A DNA stretch of 64,000 nt from Eledone cirrhosa (lineage: Eukaryota), in assembly GCA_964016885.1 (NCBI GenBank), contig OZ024740.1:299832001-299896000 (forward strand). Reading direction: 5' to 3'. Below the pieces are notes generated by a model. That model did not search any database, was not told the DNA's origin, and saw only the letters and a list, made by a program, of their open reading frames with translations. A program made the translations under genes and the position numbers. Below, piece by piece: positions 47,075 through 63,851 of the stretch. Within the stretch, counting starts at the first letter, position 1, and each line of letters begins with the position of its first letter.

Positions 47075-49356
47075 TATATATATATATACACACACATATA
47101 TAAACAAATACTGAATTTCTATATATCTAACTTTGTTATGTGTTTACGATTAAAATGGAGCCTGCTTTCATTTATTACTATAGAATTACGATTTGGCATT
47201 ATTCCATTACTGCATCAAAAGTATATCCAATATTTATATTGTTTAATTAACACACAATGTAAACGAACACCCTCCAAAACATGTCACCAAAATACATCGC
47301 ACATTAGGAAAATTGAAATGTTACATGTATAGCTGCTGGTTTGGTATCTATTTTCTCGGTAACGAATACATGACTACACTCTTCAGAATAACTAGATCTA
47401 CTAGAAATATTCGCGAAGTTTCCCCCAAAGTAATCTGCCGTCTTACAAAACCAGAAATGGCACGTTGGACAGAACGCGTGGTAATTACTGTTAGAACGTT
47501 TATAATCAATTTCGCTAAAGAATAAATAACCAATTTGTTAGTGATATTGATATTGCTCATCTCAACGTTTGACACACACTTATAGCTGAACGATATTTTT
47601 CTGGATGATATCCTCAGCTTTTAGTTGTATTTCTTTAGCGGAAATACATGAAAAACCAGCAACAAAATGGGGAAGAAAATCAAATGAACAAGAACAAAGC
47701 ACTATAATCTTGCCAGTCTAAAGGAAAATGGTGTTGACATAATCTTCTCGTGAGATTAAAAACCAATATATTTCAAAAGTAATAGTTGATATACTGAGAT
47801 GGATTTTGATGAAGGCCACCAGATGACATGCTTGAAATATATTCATTGCTTCTAAAATAACATAAATTCGTGACTTAATGCCAGATTTGCAATAACGGAT
47901 CAATGAAAAATATTTTCGTTTTTATTTCATGTCAGAGAATCATCTGTAATAACATCGTGATACTTTTCAATGGTAACTTCTAAAATAACATATGTAATGA
48001 TGAAACACTTTATAGAAGGTTTATCATTGCAGCCTGCATTTAACATTATAAAAATTTGATTGGTATACACAGAAAAAAGAAAAATACATACATTTATAAG
48101 TACTTTATGAATTTCTAGGCGGAATTTGCACTTACAACGTAAAATTCTGGAACATTTAACGCTAGGCATTTCTTCCGACAATTTCACAATTTCACCAATC
48201 CAGCCCCATGGAATGGTTCTTTATTCCATCAAGTCTGACTGAAAGTCAAAATTGACTTCGGTGTGACTTGAACTCAAACCAGCAGATAACAAACATTTTA
48301 CTAGGATTTATATCCAACGCTCTTTTAGTGGCACTCCGTCGGTTATCACAACGAATATTCCTTGTTCATAAGATCAGCGGAACAGACTGATCGTGAAATT
48401 AACATGCAGGTGGCTGAGCATTCCACAAACATCTTTAACGTAGTTCTCGGGGTTCTGTCGTTCTAACGACTCCCAATTCCACTATATGATCCGTCTGAGA
48501 GAAGGGAAATGAAGATTGGATAAACATAACAAATGTTTTAATTTGAAGCTAAATGGGCGTTAATAGATAACGCACGTAATTTATTTAGAGTTATACATTT
48601 TTTAGTGTCGACCATTACCGCTATTTATCTTTTGGGGTATTATGTTCCCTCTCAAAACACGGCAACTCTTTATATGGATGGATTATTAATGATTGGACCT
48701 ATCCTACAAACGATCTACAAAGGCAGCCTTCATATGATCGCTCGAACTTCTAAAAATACCAACCGAATTATTCACACATCTATGTTCACCCCATAAAAAA
48801 AAATGATATATTTGGTAATATACTCTCAGATATATCAAGGCTGGAAAAACGTCTCATTAGAGAATTGCTAAGCAAATCCACTGAATCATGCGATGATATT
48901 ATATAGATTCTGGAGAGATAAATACGAAATCGATCCAAGCAACATTGAAACTCATGATAAACGAGGTAGCTAAATAACCCAAATAATTTTGTTTCGCATT
49001 CAATTCTGACATCTAAATCACTTCTTATGTGTTTGAATGTAAATAATTTGATTAATCTTGACGATATTTGTTAGAATTTATGGATTAATAAATTACTTTG
49101 CATCTCTAAAACGTATGTTACCAAATATGTTTGAGAAGGTTTTGCACAATTTCTCATTAACGATTAGCGTACAGAAATAGGTACCCCTGAGGCGAGAACT
49201 ATCAGTGTCACACTTAATTCTCTATATTCCTTATTTCTTACAATTCAAACTTCACACATCACTGAGTCAATCATAGAAATAATGTATATCTATGTACGTA
49301 ACAAAGCACTAAACCAAGAACAACAATTATTATTATTACTCCTAATACTATTTTTG

Positions 49357-49570
49357 TGGATTGACAGTATCGGTAGAGCGTCGGACAACATGTTTTGTGA
49401 CATTGAATTACGGCCCTTTATACTCTGAAATCTAATCCCGCCGATGTTAGCTTTGCCTTTTATCTTTCAGTAATCGATAAAATAAAGAACCAGTAACATA
49501 CCGGGAACGGTTAAATCACCTCCACCCCTAAAAAAATTGTTTTTATTGCATCTAAATCAGAAACATTTAT
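49357..49570 (+). mobile_element. Older copy of the 16295 SINE family
   Basis: gtggattgacagtatcggtagagcgtcggac...atcccgccga...ctttgcctttt...cgataaaataaagaaccag. Confidence 0.75.
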
Positions 49571-49889
49571 CATTACTACAATAAAACTAATTTAATTCTA
49601 ATCGAACACAAAATAGACACAAAATCCAGAACTTGCCTTGTAAAAATTAATTTCAATTTCGAGAGATCATGAGCATATCCGAACTCAGAGACGCAAATAA
49701 AGACAGTAATAATAATTGTTGTTCCTGGTTTAGTGCTTTGTTACGTACATAGATATACAACACGGCCCTTTTTGTATGACGCTACAGTGATTCTATGAAA
49801 CTATCAATCTTAAAGCTGGAATTACATCATGTAATACTGCGTAGTACTTTGCTGTATTATTTCCTTGCTGTTGAATATAAGTATGTCTT

Positions 49890-50450
49890 GTGACTGGTAT
49901 CGTGTCACCTGCCTGCTCTCTGATTCTGGGAACGTAATTGCTTGCGTTCAGCTGAACTGTACTAGAAAATAAACTGGGTCGAGTACGCACAGAAAAGAAT
50001 TCAATGCAATTTCCTTGTGGGATGCAGCACTGTCAACATGGTATACAGTGTAAGATATCTGCAGAAGACATGTCAAGAACTGAATCAGGAATTCTATGTA
50101 CACTTTGTAGAATTAACTAAAGGGTTCGGCAAGTTCTAAACGCTTCTGATAGGTTGTTTCTGATTTCAAGACGATATGATGTCTCATATTCTTCATGAAG
50201 GTGAGGCATCAATATATTTTCTTGTCAGTACTGGTAGAAAGAAGGTACGTGTACTGCACCTGAGGTTGTTTAATTTTGTGTTTTAAGCAATGTTCACAGA
50301 TGCCCTCAGGGTAAATTCGCCTGTATGTGTTCGTATCTGATATAGAATGGACAGTTCTATACTGGTACACATGAAAGCATTCAATAAAGGTCAACATCAT
50401 CAATAATCGAGACTTCCTTGCAAGAGGTTTGATATGACTAACCACCTAAC
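49890..50450 (+). mobile_element. Old RTE (BovB-like) reverse transcriptase fragment
   Basis: Broken frames give STVNMVYSVRYLQKTCQELNQEFYVHFVELTKGF, matching RTE RT domains 2-3 (STxDMIF.RQLQEKC.EQN..FVDLTKAF). Confidence 0.7.
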
Positions 50451-51588
50451 CAAGAAACATCGTTATGGTTCATGTGTTTTGATAGTTTTCTCTGGAGACA
50501 AGTTGATTATGAGACCAATTATACAATAACTGTAGTAACGTCATGTATTTTAAAGCCAAAGCAAACGCATTATCTCTAGTATAAAACAATGATAGTTTCG
50601 ATACTTCCTGTTTGCAGGAAACCCTAAATATCTGAATGATTTTTGCATCATATGTTTTCACAGATTATTACGTATTACGTTGCAACAAAATGTAGACATA
50701 AGTGTTTGAATGCGAGAATTTTTTCTCGATGGACAACTAGCTAAAAAAGAATCAACGTGGCTTAAAAGATTATGTTTTTACATCGAAAATATGCGCACAC
50801 CAAACCAACTCTGTTGAGAGACCCTACATTGATGAGAACAGTTGTTCATTATCATTATCTGATTATCATGATTTTCTATATGCCAGCGGCTGTTAATCAT
50901 TTAAAAGCAATACTCGAGTTATTTCTATATTGAGATTTTTAAATTTGGATAACATCTCATTTTTGTATTCCTGAAGAATTAATGTCACTTACGAAATAAT
51001 TTCTCCTGTATATTTATCTACATTTAAGACCAGGAGGAATTTTTTTTGTATCGCGGGCCGAATTACCGTGCATAGATTCATTGATGAATTGTGTTATTAC
51101 ATAATGAAAGAATGTCCTTAAGCTAGTTATCAAAATCTGGTCATTGATTCCAATTTTCATTAGCTCTCTTTTATCTGTAATTACTCGACCGACTCTATTA
51201 CGCATCTGTTTTGGAAGCATAGCCATAATTAGCCAAAGTGTTAGTAAATAGTATTTTCACTATGTCATTTAGTACATCAATACATCTCGGAATTATCTGT
51301 ATTCGTATCATTGGTGTGCTAGACGTATTTAGCCTCAGCCCAATGTATGTAAGGTTAAATTAACTGGGTGAGAGCAAACTTAATAAATAAGTCATTAAAA
51401 CGAATTTGTGTGATCAAACGTTTGATCCTACATTAGTTCATTAATGCTCCATGCATTAAATATGCTTCCAAGCTCTTATCTCATATTTATAATGTGGATG
51501 TCAGTTAAGAATAGTATACACACACACTCAGACACATATATACATATGTTTGTGTGCGAATACATGAATATGTATGTACGTATGTATG

Positions 51589-51678
<90 letters not shown>

Positions 51679-52702
51679 GAAAAAGGAAAAGGATGACTTC
51701 ATTTCTAACTCTAAACAATACAATTTTATAATATAATAATTTTACAAATAGGCTTTGTAGAACTTGTAAGTTCTTTGTTATCTTCGGTGGGGAGATTTTT
51801 TAAAGATTATTGGTTAACCTTCTTGGAGAACTTTCTCGCATGCGTCGGTGGCGATTGTCAAACTGAGATCAGGTTGTGTTGTAATGTGTGACTCTATATT
51901 TAAGAGATTTGGGTGTGTCTGTGCTGGGGTTTGTTAGGGAGGGGGTGGCAATGAAAGAGTGTTGAAGATTTAAAGGAATTAAAGCATACATATATACACA
52001 CAAGATCTGAAGGCAAATAGTGGGTGTTAAAAGGAAGATAATTGATTGGGAGTAGAATTGGGAAATGTTAGGGTGTTTAAGGAGTGTTTTAGAAAGGGCT
52101 TGTGTATGTGTCCTCCTGCTGGTTCCAATTCAATAGACGAATTTGGTGAATAAAATATAATTGGCAGATGCTTTTCAAATTATTTTCTTATAGCTGAATT
52201 AAGTATCTTAAATTTATAGAGAAAAACCTCAACAATTTTCTATATTAAATATGAATTTTGGTGTGTGTCGTTGAGGAGTGTTAATGAGGATTAGATACAT
52301 GTCTTTTCATAAAAATAGGATGACAGAAAGGAGAACAATTAGTTTAGTTTGGGAATATTTGTTGGTAGAAATGTATGTTGTTGATGTTGGTTTGATAGGG
52401 GAGATGTGGGGATCATGTTAGCTCACATACTTACTTTCCTACATATAAACATACATACAGCCCATATACAAACATGTATACTTATATATATACATATATA
52501 TATATGTACATGCATACAACTTCAACATACATACAACTTCAACATACATATATATATAAATATATATAGTAATAATAATAAATTTGAAGACTAAAATCCA
52601 AAGAGGGCTCGATAAGGATAAATATATATCAAATATATAAGAACTGTAGAGCAAATATTTATTAAACTAACAGCGATTCTTTGCTTAAACTTTAATCTGT
52701 TA

Positions 52703-52785
<83 letters not shown>

Positions 52786-52924
52786 CTCTTTTGGGGATAG
52801 CGTGTATTTTATCTTTGGGAGAACTGCTGGATTTTATAATCTACCAATCTCTTCTTAGCACCGAGGGCGACCATCAATATTCTATTAATGTCGATATAAT
52901 TCTTATATCGATATTATTTGGGCA

Positions 52925-53048
52925 TCCACTGATGAGTTTATAAGGGCCCACTTGTGTATAAAACTATGGATTTATATACAAGTTTCTACATAATCTGGAA
53001 ATTATTTATCCCAAATTGTAGAAATGTATAACGAAACGGCCGTCTGGA
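52925..53048 (+). ncRNA. Type I hammerhead ribozyme with a large stem II insertion and palindromic stem III
   Basis: UCCA-CUGAUGA-GUU..(~90 nt)..AAC-GAAA-CGGCCG-UC-UGGA, inside a ~450-bp island (52783-53231) bounded by (TA)n on both sides. Confidence 0.75.
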
Positions 53049-53227
53049 GGGAAAGAGATATTTATTTAATAATGTCTCATATAAAATAATACAACCAGCT
53101 ATCCACGAAATACTGATTAGTTAGCACCCCAAACACTAAATTGGGATAATACTTAGGTATATCCCAGTGTTTGTTGAGTGAGATGGAGTTGGTCGGAGTA
53201 TCGCTTAAGGCTTTCTCTGTTTATGTA

Positions 53228-54547
<1,320 letters not shown>

Positions 54548-55808
54548 GCCACCAACCTCTCTAGGAACGTAGCTACCTTAGGCCCCGGTAGTGCTAGCGG
54601 GAATTCCACAATTTCGACAGGCCATCGTCTATAACAAACGTATATTATTAATTCACACATGAGGGGTTTATTTACGTGCCAGTAGAGGCATGATACAGCT
54701 AACAGTTATGCCTAAGTCTTGAGTTTATAGGTTTATAGGTATAAGTATAATATGGTGGCCAAAACAGGCAGCGCGGTGGGACCAGGGAAAAGCGTTTGGT
54801 TCCGAGTAATTTCGTTTACCGACAGAGTGGAAATTTATTTTTCCAACCGCTCAAGGAAGGCTGAACTTTCCGAGTGCTCAGCGCGCAGCCGGGAAACGCC
54901 ACCACATAACTCGAGGGTAGCAACCCAATGAAAAGTGCAAAAAGACCATAATTATTTTAAAGTCCCAGTTAGTCCGGGTTATAAGTAGTGTGGTTCTTTG
55001 AAGGGTAGGGGGTTATGAAGGTGCATAATGACCTAAGTAAGGAAAGTTACAAAATAATAATAAAAGCAGGATACAAAGATAAAATACAAAGATAATGATA
55101 AAATACAAAGATAAAGATAAAATACAAAGATAAAGAATGTATTGATACAAATACATTAATAAATTAATAAACAATTAATAAAAGTAAATAACTACGGATG
55201 TAGTAAGACGGAAGTATATAAGAACGTTTGGAGGAATCACAGTAAAGGGAATCACAGTAAAGGGGAAATACAATATAGATCAAGTTGTAGTAAGATGATA
55301 CAGGTTGTACATATAGATATAGAGGATTGAAGAGATGGAATGGTAACAGGTGGTACCTAGTGTATTGTTCGGGTCTCCGAATTCAGTGTGAGTCACAAAA
55401 AAGTCCTGAAGTATAGAGTAGAGAATTCAGTCAATACAATACATGTTTTAGTAAAATACGTAGAGTTTTGTCGGAATTCGAATTTTCCCGACAAGGAAGC
55501 AGTATCGGGTGGGTAAAGCACTAAGCAGCCAAAATCCGAATGGTAAGTAGATCAGTTAATCCCATGCTGGCAATAGCTGTACACTGAAGTCAGTGCCGCT
55601 GTTCAATATTACATTTGGAAGTACTCAACATTATTAGAGCATTATTTCTTTAGATTTGTTGGTTCACCACTGGATAGAATTGGTCATTCCGTATGACCAA
55701 TCTTGGTGTAATATTATGGAGAGTACTCACCCGTCTTCGTTTGTGTAGTTGATGTTGCGAATAGGGAGTTAATTATAAATAAAATAACAGGACGCTGGAC
55801 TGGTGTAA

Positions 55809-55859
<51 letters not shown>

Positions 55860-58800
55860 CTTTGAGAACTTTGATAGGTTTCAGCCAGGCTTGGCCCAGG
55901 CCATGTCTAACTTAATAGCACCACCTGGCGAAGTCTTACAAATCAGTGTATGGGCACCATGGCCCACTCGAGCAGAGAGTTATTGTTTACGGAGGCATAT
56001 CCGGGTGTCGGGGGTTTATCCGGGATTTCTTGAAGGAATTTATCCAAAGACTTCTTGAACTTGATGGGGTCTGTCTCTGCTTTGATGTGTTTTGATGTAA
56101 TGTTAAAGAGTGCAGGGCCAATTGAGGTGAAATAATTGTGCCGTATTGTTGTTATGTGATGCGAGTGGGATTTTTGTCGTGGGCGGATAGCACGGAGCCC
56201 AAGCCTTGGGTGTACATTAAAGGTGATGCCAACATCATTTGGGCTAAGCTGATGGAATATTTCCCACATCATACAGATAATGTAACGCTCACGGCGACGT
56301 TGAAGAGAATAAAGTTTGAGCTTTTCTGATCGACCCCAATAGTCAAGGCCTGTCATGCCAACTATCTTTTTTGTAATTGACCTTTGGGGTGTTTCAACTT
56401 TCATGATACTTTGTTTCGTGTGGCGTGTCCAGAGTGGCCAACAGTATTCAAGGTGGGGTCGGACAAAAGTGGAGAAGAGAAGGACAACAGTATGGATATC
56501 TCTTGACTGGAAATTCCTGAGAATGCAGGAACACATTCTGTGGGTCATATCAACTTTGCTGTTTATATCAGTGGCCTAGCTTATATTGTTGTCCACAATT
56601 ACTCCCAGGTCTCTGATGTTATTGGAAGCCACTAGAGTTTCACCCGAAGGAAGAGAGTATGTTAGTTTCAGGGCATCCTTTTTTCCAAAGTTGATTAGTC
56701 CAAAGTTATGCTCATTCAACAGCATATTATTCATCTCTGCCCATTGGATAACAGCCAGTAGGTCTGACTGAAGGCAAGTCCGGTCACCCACCTCATTGAT
56801 GACCCTTTGGAGCTTAGTATCATCTGCGAAGATTCTGATGTTGCTGTGTTTGATGATGTCAGTAATGTCATTAATGTAGATGATGAAAGAAGTGGGCCCA
56901 ACACAGTGCCTTGTGGGACGCTACTGCTGACTTTGGCAGCGCTTGATTTTACTCCTTCGACGACAACATGCTGGGTTCTGCCTGTCAGGAAACATTTGAT
57001 CCAATGTAGTAACCTTCCAGAAACACCAACATTGGATAGTTCTTTCAGTAGAATCTTATGATCAGCCCTGTCGAAGGCCTTGCTGATATCAAGGTAGATG
57101 ACATCAGTGTTGGAGCCCTCTCCCAAGGCTCTCAAAATATCGTCAAAGTGATGCAGGAGCTGCGTTAGGCAGTCCCTTCCATTACGGAATGCATTTTGTT
57201 TGGAGTTCAGCAGGCCGTTGCTTTCAAGAAAGTGGGTTATTCTTGATATCACAACCCTCTCAAATACCTTGATAATATGAGAGGTGAGTGAGATCGGACA
57301 GTATTTCACTGCAAGGAACTTATTTCCCTTTTTGAAGACTGGGACAGAAAGTTTTCAGGAACATAGCCAGTGTCCAGTGAGTTCCTCCACAGATTAGCAA
57401 GAGGAGTTGCAAGTTGGTGTCGACACACCTTCCGGACACAAGCAGGGAACCTGTCGGGGCCTACTGCTGAATTGTGTTTAATTTCGTTTATTGCCGCCGC
57501 TAAGACATCAGGGGCGCCAAACGTTATGTCTGATATAGTGTGTTGGGGGTTAACATCACTGATACCGCCCAGATCGGCCATATCAGGGTTGCTGAAAACA
57601 GAGCAGTATTGTTTCTGAAGTATCTCGCCCATAGTCTTGGCATTGTTCTGGAGTCTGCCATTTTCATCAATTAGGGAGCCAACAGTGGAGACGGTGACAT
57701 TGTGTTTTTTAGCGATTGAGGAGAACATTTGGGGTTGAGTTTGATTTTGTCAATGGCCCACCTCTCTTCAGCTATTCTCTGGTTATTGATGATGGTCATC
57801 ATGCATTGCTGGATGTTATAACTTTTTGACTGAAGCAGGGTGATAGCCATTGAATGTGTGTGTTGCTGTTGGCAGTATTTTAGTGTGTTAAATGTTTTGT
57901 TTGTTCTTTTTATTTTTCTGATAATTGTTTTTCTGTGTTGGGGGATACCGCACTTGGTTTTGTTCACAGGTTTTGGTGGGGTGTGTTTTGTACATATATT
58001 TGTGACAGTGTCTACAAAGGTCTGCCAAGATGTTTTGATGTTGGTCAAAGTGTGTGCGTGTGTAAAAGACCAGTCGACATGTGATAGTGCGTTCATAACT
58101 GCATCCCAGTTGGCATTGTGGAGATCCATGTTATCAAATGGATGGGCTGGGGAGAGGACCCTGGGATTAGCTTTCGGCTGGTGGAATCTCAGGTTACAAA
58201 GAACCATGTCATTCCACTGTAATATTATGTATAGTGTTAGTGTGGTTACTAAACACTAGATCCAGAATGTTATTCTGATGCCTCGTTGGTGCAAGGACAA
58301 GTTGGGACAAGAAAAACTCATTCATGAAGTCAAGAAGTGATTCGACAGCCTCTCTGTCAGTGGTTGAGGCTGTGGAGCCTGGTTTCAAACTACATATAGA
58401 CCAATCGACACAGGGTAGATTAAAGTCTCCCATCAAAAGTATGTTGCTAGAGTGACACTGTTTAATAAAGCATTTAATACTGTTGAGGCATTCTTTGAAG
58501 CAGATTATGGGTGTTTATGGTAGCCTATAGAGCCCAACTAATGTCAGGTCATTGGCTTTATTGTGCACAGTGAATGATTCACAGTATCCATTAGAGAATG
58601 TTGTGTTGCCATCTGCCGTAAAGGAATCATGCAGGAAAATGGCAGTTCCACCCTTCCGTCTGCCAACACGATCCGCACGGATGGTTGTGAAATTTCTCAC
58701 TCTTACTTCGGCCTCCAAGTGGGAGTTGTCAAGGTGGGTTTCAGTAAGAATGAAGAAGGGGATGTGACATGGATGGTTACCAACCCAATCCTCAATGAAT

Positions 58801-58890
58801 TGGATCTTCCATTTCTGTGCATTGGTGGATGGGCTGATAACTTGTGTTATTGAGTAAGAATGTGGAGGCTAGTGTGGTGGCTGGTTTTGA
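55860..58890 (-). mobile_element. CR1-clade LINE, near-complete ORF2 (APE + RT), frameshifted
   Basis: APE: RADRVGRRKGGTAIF, VGLYRLP, MGDFNLP, PTRHQNNILDLVF. RT: PISLTSHIIKVFER, VIYLDISKAFDRADH, VPQGTVLGPLL, FVRPHLEYC. Flanked by (TA)n at both ends. Confidence 0.93.
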
Positions 58891-59079
58891 TTTTATATAT
58901 ATATATATATATATTTTGAAACTTTTTCTTATTTGCTAAACCTTGATTATATATATATATATATATGTATATATTTAATATACTGTACCGATTGTGTTGT
59001 TATTTCTGTTTACCTTTTACATATATATATATATTCTGTTTACCTTTTACACATATATATATATATATACTTTCCCACG

Positions 59080-59126
<47 letters not shown>

Positions 59127-59213
59127 CTCTCTCCCTCTCTCTCTCTATATATATATATTTAAAAGGTAAGCAGAAATAACAACACAATCGGTAGAGTATA
59201 TGAAATATATACA

Positions 59214-59357
<144 letters not shown>

Positions 59358-59633
59358 TGTATATATTTCATATAATATACCGAGTATGTCGTTATTTCTG
59401 TTTACATTTTTACCTATATATATATATATATATATATATTAATAAAAGGAATTCCATTTAATATTCTACCATACTATTTCATTCTAATACCATTATAAAT
59501 TTTAAAGGATTGTAAATAAAACGAGTAAATCAGACAAAGTTGGAATTCCTTTTATTAATATATTCTTCTATACACAATCATACACACCCGTATATATTTA
59601 TCTATATATCTCTATCTCTATCTCTCTCTCTCA

Positions 59634-59696
<63 letters not shown>

Positions 59697-59699
<3 letters not shown>

Positions 59700-59800
59700 G
59701 TGGTCACACAACAGTTAGTTCACCATACCGAGAACAATTGTTTCACCTTCGCGGATCTTCAGCTCGCGATGTGTATGGTTATAGGAACAGGGAGGACAAT
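59697..59800 (-). mobile_element. Solo pseudo-LTR fragment of the Naiad-type element, with minimal HHR at 59729-59766
   Basis: Near-identical to 53336-53438; CGAG-CUGAAGA-UCCGCGAAGGU-GAAA-CAAUUG-UU-CUCG. Confidence 0.8.
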
Positions 59801-59863
59801 ACATATATAGGCGTCTACTAAAGGAAGGACATACATTTATAGGCGTCTACTATATATTATTTG

Positions 59864-60282
59864 TGAGTCTTTTATTACTGTATTCATTTTGGGGAACTTC
59901 TGGAGAATCGGGAGATATTGTTTAGTGGCTTTCACAAGTTTGAAGTTCCTTGGGTTGTGAGCGATGACAAAAGGAATAACTATTTTCCCTTTTATTTTCC
60001 TGGTCTGTTTTTCTCAGAGTTGCCGTTCGAATATTCTGGAATAGATGGTCGTATTGATGCTGTTCACCCCATATTCTTGTCTTTTAAGGAACTCTTTTAG
60101 TTCATATAATCTTTTTTATATACATATATATATATGGTAAATTTCTTTAGGTCGTTTGGGAGCCTAGACAATGCAGATGGGTACATCTCCGGGTAACAAG
60201 ATCCGGCGGAGGAGAGAGAGATGTAAGTGGGTGTACGTTGAGATGCGTGGCGTGTATAAGACTGTAACGTGTAGAGGAATGA
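59864..60282 (-). mobile_element. Inverted, internally deleted copy of the 60638-62395 Penelope-like element
   Basis: 60134-60282 is the reverse complement of 60638-60785; 59864-60020 is the reverse complement of about 62238-62390. Confidence 0.8.
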
Positions 60283-60637
60283 AGGAAAGAGCGTAAAGGA
60301 TAAACATAAAAATAACAACACGAGAAAGAGTTACCTTGGGAGAGATTTAATTGTCCCTATATATCCAACAACTGGGGTTTTTCCGGGGGGGGGGGGGGGG
60401 GTATGTTGTCTGTCGGAAAGGTGCGAAACGTGTCCTCCGGTGTTCGTTGTTTTGAATATCTGAGGTATTCAGCAGAGTGCGTGTGCGCGTGAAATGGGGT
60501 CGGTCAGGTAGAGGTCAGCGGCCGAAGTAGTTCTTTCAATTTTGGGAGTGGTGTGGCGCTAGCTGTCAGTCCATTCTCTGCCTGTTTGGTGAATGTTACT
60601 GTGTGTGTGTGTGTGTGTGCGTGTGTTGTTGTCTCGC

Positions 60638-62395
<1,758 letters not shown>

Positions 62396-62525
62396 AATAT
62401 ATAATAGACGCTAAGCACCTATATATATGTATATATATATATATGCATATATGTATGGATATGTGTATGTATGTATATATGTATATATGTATATATATAT
62501 ATATGTATATATATATCTATATATG

Positions 62526-62601
<76 letters not shown>

Positions 62602-62890
62602 CACACACACATATATATATATATATAAATATATATACGATAAATTAACGGAGGCATAGGCCGTCGTTATTCCCTGTAAATAATGTGCTCAAAGGGGAAG
62701 AGATCCTGAGCCCTTTAAAATATAATATGTTGAGAAGGTAACACACCAGAGAGAGATATATAGTGCGTTATCAATAATACAGGGAAAAAACCACCAGTGT
62801 ATGGAATCTATAACCTATGAAAGGCAGACTATAGACACGATAATTAAAAATATAAATTAAAGCGTAAATAAATACCTTTATAACTATATA

Positions 62891-62969
62891 ACACACGTAC
62901 AAATCCAAAGATATGTTTCACCAGAAAATTTGTTGAAAGAAATGGTAGTCTCGGTTCATCAGCGTGTGT
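62891..62969 (-). ncRNA. Type I hammerhead ribozyme, unit 1
   Basis: ACACACG-CUGAUGA-ACC...GGU-GAAA-CAUAUC(UUUG)GAUUUG-UA-CGUGUGU; one stem III mismatch. Confidence 0.8.
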
Positions 62970-63429
62970 AAGGCTATACATTTCAGACAACACTAAGAGA
63001 ATTTTACAATTGACTGTCCAGCTACACGTGGGAGAGAGAAGTCACAGCGTGTTTAAGGGCAGTTAACCAGTGGCCTCTGAGAGACGAACTGCTAGAAAGG
63101 GCAGCCCAAAGCCACTCAGAGAAGAGTGCTCAACCAAACAGAGATAGGAAAGACTGTTGTTAGGAGCGAAATATCACGATAAATTAACGGAGGCATAGGC
63201 CGTCGTTATTCCCTGTAAATAATGTGCTCAAAGGGGAAGAGATCCTGAGCCCTTTAAAATATAATATGTTGAGAAGGTAACACACCAGAGAGAGATATAT
63301 AGTGCGTTATCAATAATACAGGGAAAAAACCACCAGTGTATGGAATCTATAACCTATGAAAGACAGACTATAGACACGATAATTAAAAATATAAATTAAA
63401 GCGTAAATAAATACCTTTATAACTATATA

Positions 63430-63508
63430 ACACACGTACACATCCAAAGATATGTTTCACCAGAAAATTTGTTGAAAGAAATGGTAGTCTCGGTTCATCA
63501 GCGTGTGT
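63430..63508 (-). ncRNA. Type I hammerhead ribozyme, unit 2
   Basis: 7-bp stem I ACACACG/CGUGUGU, intact CUGAUGA and GAAA, stem III CAUAUC/GAUGUG fully paired (one G-U), GUA cleavage triplet. Confidence 0.88.
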
Positions 63509-63764
63509 AAGGCTATACATTTCAGACAACACTAAGAGAATTTTACAATTGACTGTCCAGCTACACGTGGGAGAGAGAAGTCACAGCGTGTTTAAGGGCA
63601 GTTAACCAGTGGCCTCTGAGAGACGAACTGCTAGAAAGGGCAGCCCAAAACCACTCAGAGAAGAGTGCTCAACCAAACAGAGTTGGGAAAGACTGTTGTT
63701 AGGAGCGAAATATCACGATAAATTAACGGAGGCATAGGCCGTCATTTATATATATAGGAACATT

Positions 63765-63851
63765 TTTGACCCCGACGGCAGAGCTCAAGCCGTTTCGACG
63801 GTTTCCGGCAATAGTCGTCGAAACGACTTGAGCTCTGCCGTCGGGGTCAAA
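63765..63851. repeat. 36-bp-arm hairpin built from the 3' half of an HHR-like motif
   Basis: Arms 63765-63800 and 63816-63851 with one mismatch; related sequence at about 23014-23045. Confidence 0.88.

Larger units (their letters stand above)
62638..63743 (-). mobile_element. 539-bp tandem repeat (2 units + 28 bp), one hammerhead ribozyme per unit; retrozyme-like or tandem pseudo-LTR
   Basis: cgataaattaacggaggcataggccgtc recurs at 62638, 63177 and 63716; the units differ at only a few positions; no ORF. Confidence 0.9.

Noticed and set aside
54560-54960. GC/CpG-richer unexplained segment (similar patches at 35275-35432 and 38400-38860)
   Set aside because: No ORF, repeat or fold could be supported by eye; left unannotated.
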